DNA of 11,308 bases from Myxococcota bacterium. GTDB taxonomy: Bacteria; Myxococcota_A; UBA796; GCA-2862545. The stretch spans positions 1-11,308 of the forward strand of contig JBCCQY010000230.1 of the NCBI GenBank assembly GCA_039208735.1, in the 5' to 3' direction. The position numbers and the translations under genes were made by a program. The notes beneath the pieces were generated by a model. The model had not been told where the DNA came from and searched no databases. It saw only the letters and a program-made list of their open reading frames with translations. Positions 8,016 to 11,308 of the stretch are shown in pieces. Numbering within the stretch: position 1 is the stretch's first letter; each line of letters begins with the position of its first letter.

Positions 8016-8048
8016 GCCTGGGCCTGGATATTGGAGGCCCCTTCAGGC
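8016..8048. repeat. Inverted repeat in the 70-bp divergent hydrolase/SRPBCC intergenic region
   Basis: GCCTG-GGCCT ggatattgg AGGCC-ctt-CAGGC; core GGGCCT (8020-8025) pairs with AGGCCC (8035-8040). Confidence 0.45.
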
Positions 8049-8057
8049 GAGGGTGGA

Positions 8058-8501
8058 GTGGGGATCTTCGAACGTGAATACCGGGCGACGGCGTTCGTGC
8101 CGGCGTCCCCCAAGGCCACGTGGGCCGTATTGGTCGACCTCGAACGCTACGCCGAGTGGAACCCGTTCACCATCCAGGTGGATTCGACCCTGGAACCCGG
8201 AACCCCGGTCGTCATGCGCGTGAACCTGTCGTGGATCACGCTCACGCAGACCGAGCAGGTGCGACAGGTCGTGCCCTACGAGCGGTTGGTCTGGGGCATT
8301 CCCCGTCTCATGCCGTGGTTGCTTCGTGCCGAGCGGGTGCAGACGATCACGCCGTCCGAAGGGGGCTGCATCTACACCACGGTCGACACGATCGGAGGTC
8401 TCTTGCTGCCGTTGGTGCACCTGATGTTCGGCCGGCCGCTCGACCGCGGGTTTAGAGGCGTGGCTGTGGCATTGGCCGAGCGGGTCACGCGCGTGGGCTG
8501 A
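8058..8501 (+). CDS. SRPBCC/START-fold (polyketide cyclase/dehydrase-like) ligand-binding protein, about 147 aa
   Basis: ASPKATWAVLVDLERYAEWNPF, VVPYERLVWG and a C-terminal helix LDRGFRGVAVALAERV are typical of SRPBCC proteins. In-frame GTG at 8058 follows purine-rich GAGGGTGGA; the track start at 7839 overlaps the hydrolase. Confidence 0.85.
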   Translation: MGIFEREYRATAFVPASPKATWAVLVDLERYAEWNPFTIQVDSTLEPGTPVVMRVNLSWITLTQTEQVRQVVPYERLVWGIPRLMPWLLRAERVQTITPSEGGCIYTTVDTIGGLLLPLVHLMFGRPLDRGFRGVAVALAERVTRVG

Positions 8502-9849
8502 AAAACAGACGCGTCCCTGCTCGAGGACGAAGCGTGACCACGGGCTGAAGCTCGAGCCGTGACGTGGGGTCGGGACGAACCTCCAAGCGTTGGAGGTAGG
8601 TGGCGAGGACCAACACGGCTTCGAGGTGGGCAAAGTGGCTGCCGATGCAGACCCGCGGACCGCCGCCGTAAGGAAAGTAGGCAAAGCGGGGATGGTCGTC
8701 CGTCTCGCCGTTGAGCCACCGCACGGGTCGAAACGCTTCGGGGCCCGTCCAAAGGGAAGGGTCTTGATGCACGATCCAGGACGACATCAGCAGTTGGTCG
8801 CCCGCCTTGATCCGCACGTCGCCGATGGTCAACGGTTCCAAAGCGGCACGGCCGACGATCCAGACCGGAGGGTACAGGCGCATGGTCTCTTTCACGACCG
8901 CTTCGTGCCACGGCAAACGCGACACATCGTCGTGCTTCGGCCGACGGCCGCTCAAGACCTCCTGGGCCTCTTGGGCCAATCGATCCTGGATCTCAGGGTG
9001 ACGAGCGACCAGCCACAACGCGTAGGTGAGCGCGACAGCGGTGGTCTCATGACCCGCTGCGAACACGGTGATGGCTTCGTCCCGTAGCTGTTCGTCGTCC
9101 ATTCCCAAGCCGTCTTCGTCGCGCGCGGCGAGCAATCGGCCCAGCAGGTCGCCATGCTCTTCGCCGGAGGCCCGTCGCTGCTGAATCAGTCCTTCGACAA
9201 TGGCTTCGAGGGTGGTCCGGGCTTGGTCCATTTCGCGCCGGTGCCGGTTGGGAACCCAGCGAGGGAGCAGGCGGTACACACTGCGCATTTCGTCTTCAAA
9301 CGCATGCATAAATCGCCCGATGGCCCGTCCTGCTCGTTCGGTCTCATCATCGAACGAGCCAAACAACGTGCGGAGCACGATCTCGAGCGTGACCTCATTC
9401 ATGTCGTGATGGACGTCGCGGGCCCGGGCCGCCCCATCCCGCAAGGCGCGTTCGACACCGTTGTTTGCAGCATCGACCATGATGTCGCCGTACGATGCGA
9501 TGTGGCGAGGGGTGAACGAAGGCGCGGCCAGTTTGCGTTGGCGCTTCCAGAGGGGGTTCTCGCTGGTCACGAGCCCATCTCCGAGGACCCGAGACAGGCT
9601 TCGTGTCGCTCGGTCTTTGTGGAGCTTGCTGGCCTGGCTCACCAACACCTGTTCGACGTCTGCGGGCGATGTCACGAGCCAAAGCCGCCATGGGCCGATG
9701 AAGTAGGGCACCAACTCGCCGTATTCGCGACGAAGGCGCTCGAAGAACGCGAGGGGGTCACGCGCGAATTCGGGCAACGAGCCGACCAGGGGATAGCCTC
9801 GTGGACCCTGGACGCGCCGAACCGGATGATGCGTGGTGGACCGAACCAT
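8485..9849 (-). CDS. Cytochrome P450, 454 aa
   Basis: GPRGYPLVGSL N-terminal motif, WKRQRK, I-helix AAGHETT, K-helix ETMRLYPP (ExxR), PEAFRPVRW meander, heme motif FPYGGGPRVCIG. SD GGAGG 8 nt before ATG 9849. Confidence 0.97.
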   Translation of the reverse strand: MVRSTTHHPVRRVQGPRGYPLVGSLPEFARDPLAFFERLRREYGELVPYFIGPWRLWLVTSPADVEQVLVSQASKLHKDRATRSLSRVLGDGLVTSENPLWKRQRKLAAPSFTPRHIASYGDIMVDAANNGVERALRDGAARARDVHHDMNEVTLEIVLRTLFGSFDDETERAGRAIGRFMHAFEDEMRSVYRLLPRWVPNRHRREMDQARTTLEAIVEGLIQQRRASGEEHGDLLGRLLAARDEDGLGMDDEQLRDEAITVFAAGHETTAVALTYALWLVARHPEIQDRLAQEAQEVLSGRRPKHDDVSRLPWHEAVVKETMRLYPPVWIVGRAALEPLTIGDVRIKAGDQLLMSSWIVHQDPSLWTGPEAFRPVRWLNGETDDHPRFAYFPYGGGPRVCIGSHFAHLEAVLVLATYLQRLEVRPDPTSRLELQPVVTLRPRAGTRLFFSPRA

Positions 9850-9863
9850 CTTGGGACCCTCCG

Positions 9864-9903
9864 AGTTCCAACGGAACTTGTTTTAGAATAGGAGCGATCG
9901 CTC
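9864..9903 (-). promoter_or_regulatory. Putative P450 promoter/operator region with two palindromes
   Basis: AGTTCC-aac-GGAACT (9864-9878) directly upstream of the SD, -10-like TATTCT on the minus strand (9885-9890), and perfect palindrome GAGCGATCGCTC (9892-9903). Confidence 0.45.
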
Positions 9904-10436
9904 GGCTCTGCGACTCGCGACCCGCTCAGGAGTAGACTTCCATCGCCCATACGGGTTGCCGCATCAATAGGTCAACCCACGGACGTTGACGCGAATTGCG
10001 CCCAATCGGCCAGGGCCATTGTGAATTCCCGTAAACGTCATTCCGAGATAGGGCACGATACTTCGCGGCAATGGAAGCGGGACTCGCCGCCCGAGCCGCT
10101 GCCCCTCCGGTGTGACATCTTGGAAAACGCGGAGACCTCGACTTCCCCATCGATGAGCCCCGACGCTCGTTCATTGCCAAGGACAGAACCAGCAGCTGCC
10201 CCATCGGGGCGGTTGCGACGCGCTTCGCGAATTCTGAGATCGTCAGCCACTTGGCCTTTACAGGCTTCTGACCGCGGCGAAGACAGTACGTTCGCGCGAG
10301 CTCCGTAACGAAATCGTGTCGCACGAGGTCTGCCCCGGAGGTGACCGTCCACCCGCGCTGGTTTGCCGTGTGCCACGCTGTGATCGTATTCGCTCGTCTT
10401 GGCAGAGATTGAACTTCCCTCAACCCTGGAAACGCG

Positions 10437-11308
10437 ATGATTGCCTCGCTTACGTTTCTCATGTCGGTCGCCCATTCGTTCGCGCCAACCGGAGATTCGT
10501 CGTCGATAGCTGACGGCCCGCGGCCGCTTGTCGGTAACGAACCCCAGCGGGTTTACCCCATCCACGCCCCCGTTCAGCGGGCGTTGCTGCGGAGCCCGGC
10601 GTGGCAGTCGTTCGTAAAGGGTGAAGGCGAAGGCTGGACGGCAACGTTCGACGAGCACAGCGGCACGCCTCGCACCATGTGGGGACGCGGCATTCCGATG
10701 CCCACTGAAGAAGCCGCGCTTACGCAGGCGCTGCGTGACTTCATGGAACGGCACGCCGACGTGCTGGGGCTACGTTCGGGTTCGCTCCAGCTGGTTCAGG
10801 CCAACTACTTTTCGCCAACCGATGTTTGGTACGTCCAGTTTGCCGAAATGCGGGACGATGCACCGGTGTATCGAGGCGGGGTTAGCGCGCGAGTCGCGAA
10901 GGGAAACCTCGTTTTGCTTCAGGTTGCCACAACGGGTGAGGCCCCGATGACCGGCGCGTGGCGGCTGACCAGCCGAGACGCCGTGCGCACCGCCATCGCC
11001 TCGGGACCGGTCCCCGACGCCGCACACACCGATCCGGTGGCCGTCCGTCAGGCGCTCGATGTGGATACTGCGACCGGCCGCGAAGTAAGGCGAACCTGGA
11101 TGGTGAGGACCCGCACCGCCAATCCGCCGGGCATTTGGGTGAGTTTTGTCGATGCCGAAACGGGGGCCATGCTCAACGTCCACAACGAGGTGCGGTTTGC
11201 GTCGGGCATCGTGGAAGGGATTCACCATGAACGGGGACCGCAGACGGCCCTGATCGCCGGGCCCGTTCCCCTCGCCATCGTCGACAGTGGAAATGGGACT
11301 GGGCTGAC
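10437..11308 (+). CDS. Secreted protein with M4/M36-type metalloprotease propeptide (FTP + PepSY-like); 3' end outside window
   Basis: Not in the ORF track. Open from ATG 10437 to the window end (290 codons): signal-like MIASLTFLMSVAHSFA, then WTATFDEHSGTPRTMWG, ALRDFMERHADVLGL, WYVQFAEMRDDAPVYRG (FTP-like) and WVSFVDAETGAMLNVHNEVRF (PepSY-like VDAxTG). The catalytic HExxH is not within the window. Confidence 0.8.
   Translation, partial: MIASLTFLMSVAHSFAPTGDSSSIADGPRPLVGNEPQRVYPIHAPVQRALLRSPAWQSFVKGEGEGWTATFDEHSGTPRTMWGRGIPMPTEEAALTQALRDFMERHADVLGLRSGSLQLVQANYFSPTDVWYVQFAEMRDDAPVYRGGVSARVAKGNLVLLQVATTGEAPMTGAWRLTSRDAVRTAIASGPVPDAAHTDPVAVRQALDVDTATGREVRRTWMVRTRTANPPGIWVSFVDAETGAMLNVHNEVRFASGIVEGIHHERGPQTALIAGPVPLAIVDSGNGTGL

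Noticed and set aside
8636..8745. P450 motif deviations (FRPVRW for FRPERW; PYGGG for PFGGG) as signs of inactivation
   Set aside because: The heme Cys, ExxR and I-helix acid-alcohol pair (ET) are intact; such substitutions are within normal P450 variation.
7031..9849. P450 as first gene of the minus-strand sulfotransferase operon
   Set aside because: A plus-strand SRPBCC gene intervenes, so simple co-transcription is not supported.
8590..9891. Plus-strand ORFs 8590-9087 and 9154-9891
   Set aside because: Antisense shadows of the P450 gene.
10361..10375. TGGCAC on the minus strand as a sigma-54 -24 element
   Set aside because: The -12 position reads AAAC rather than TTGC.
9926..10462. 178-aa minus-strand ORF, and the overlapping 10038-10754 ORF, in the long intergenic region
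   Set aside because: No recognisable domain, Arg/Ser/Ala-rich composition typical of spurious GC-rich ORFs, and both overlap the start of the protease gene. A shorter orphan gene cannot be fully excluded.
1..11308. CRISPR arrays, tandem repeats, tRNA/rRNA, IS elements, defence genes, intrinsic terminators
   Set aside because: None seen on manual reading: no spaced repeats, transposase/integrase motifs or hairpin-plus-U-tract at gene ends.

Overview
GC-rich bacterial chromosomal segment (gene content and short lipoprotein signal peptides suggest Myxococcota, but this is inference) with nine protein-coding genes and no recognisable RNA genes, CRISPR arrays or mobile elements. Two real genes are absent from the ORF track because they run off the window: a lipoprotein M16A pitrilysin/insulysin-type zinc peptidase (minus strand, start 2794, at least 931 codons) and a secreted protein with an M4/M36-type protease propeptide (plus strand, start 10437). 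Between them lies a compact cluster of enzymes likely to act on hydrophobic molecules: SDR(+), then a tightly packed minus-strand unit (lipoprotein alpha/beta-hydrolase, SDR, DUF1214 protein, sulfotransferase), then SRPBCC(+) and cytochrome P450(-). The best candidate for an undescribed system is the SDR-DUF1214-sulfotransferase module. It mirrors the functionally unresolved M. tuberculosis Rv3531c-Rv3530c-Rv3529c trio and suggests a lipid or sterol oxidation and sulfation pathway. A 587-bp divergent intergenic region (9850-10436) carries several palindromes and a hairpin.
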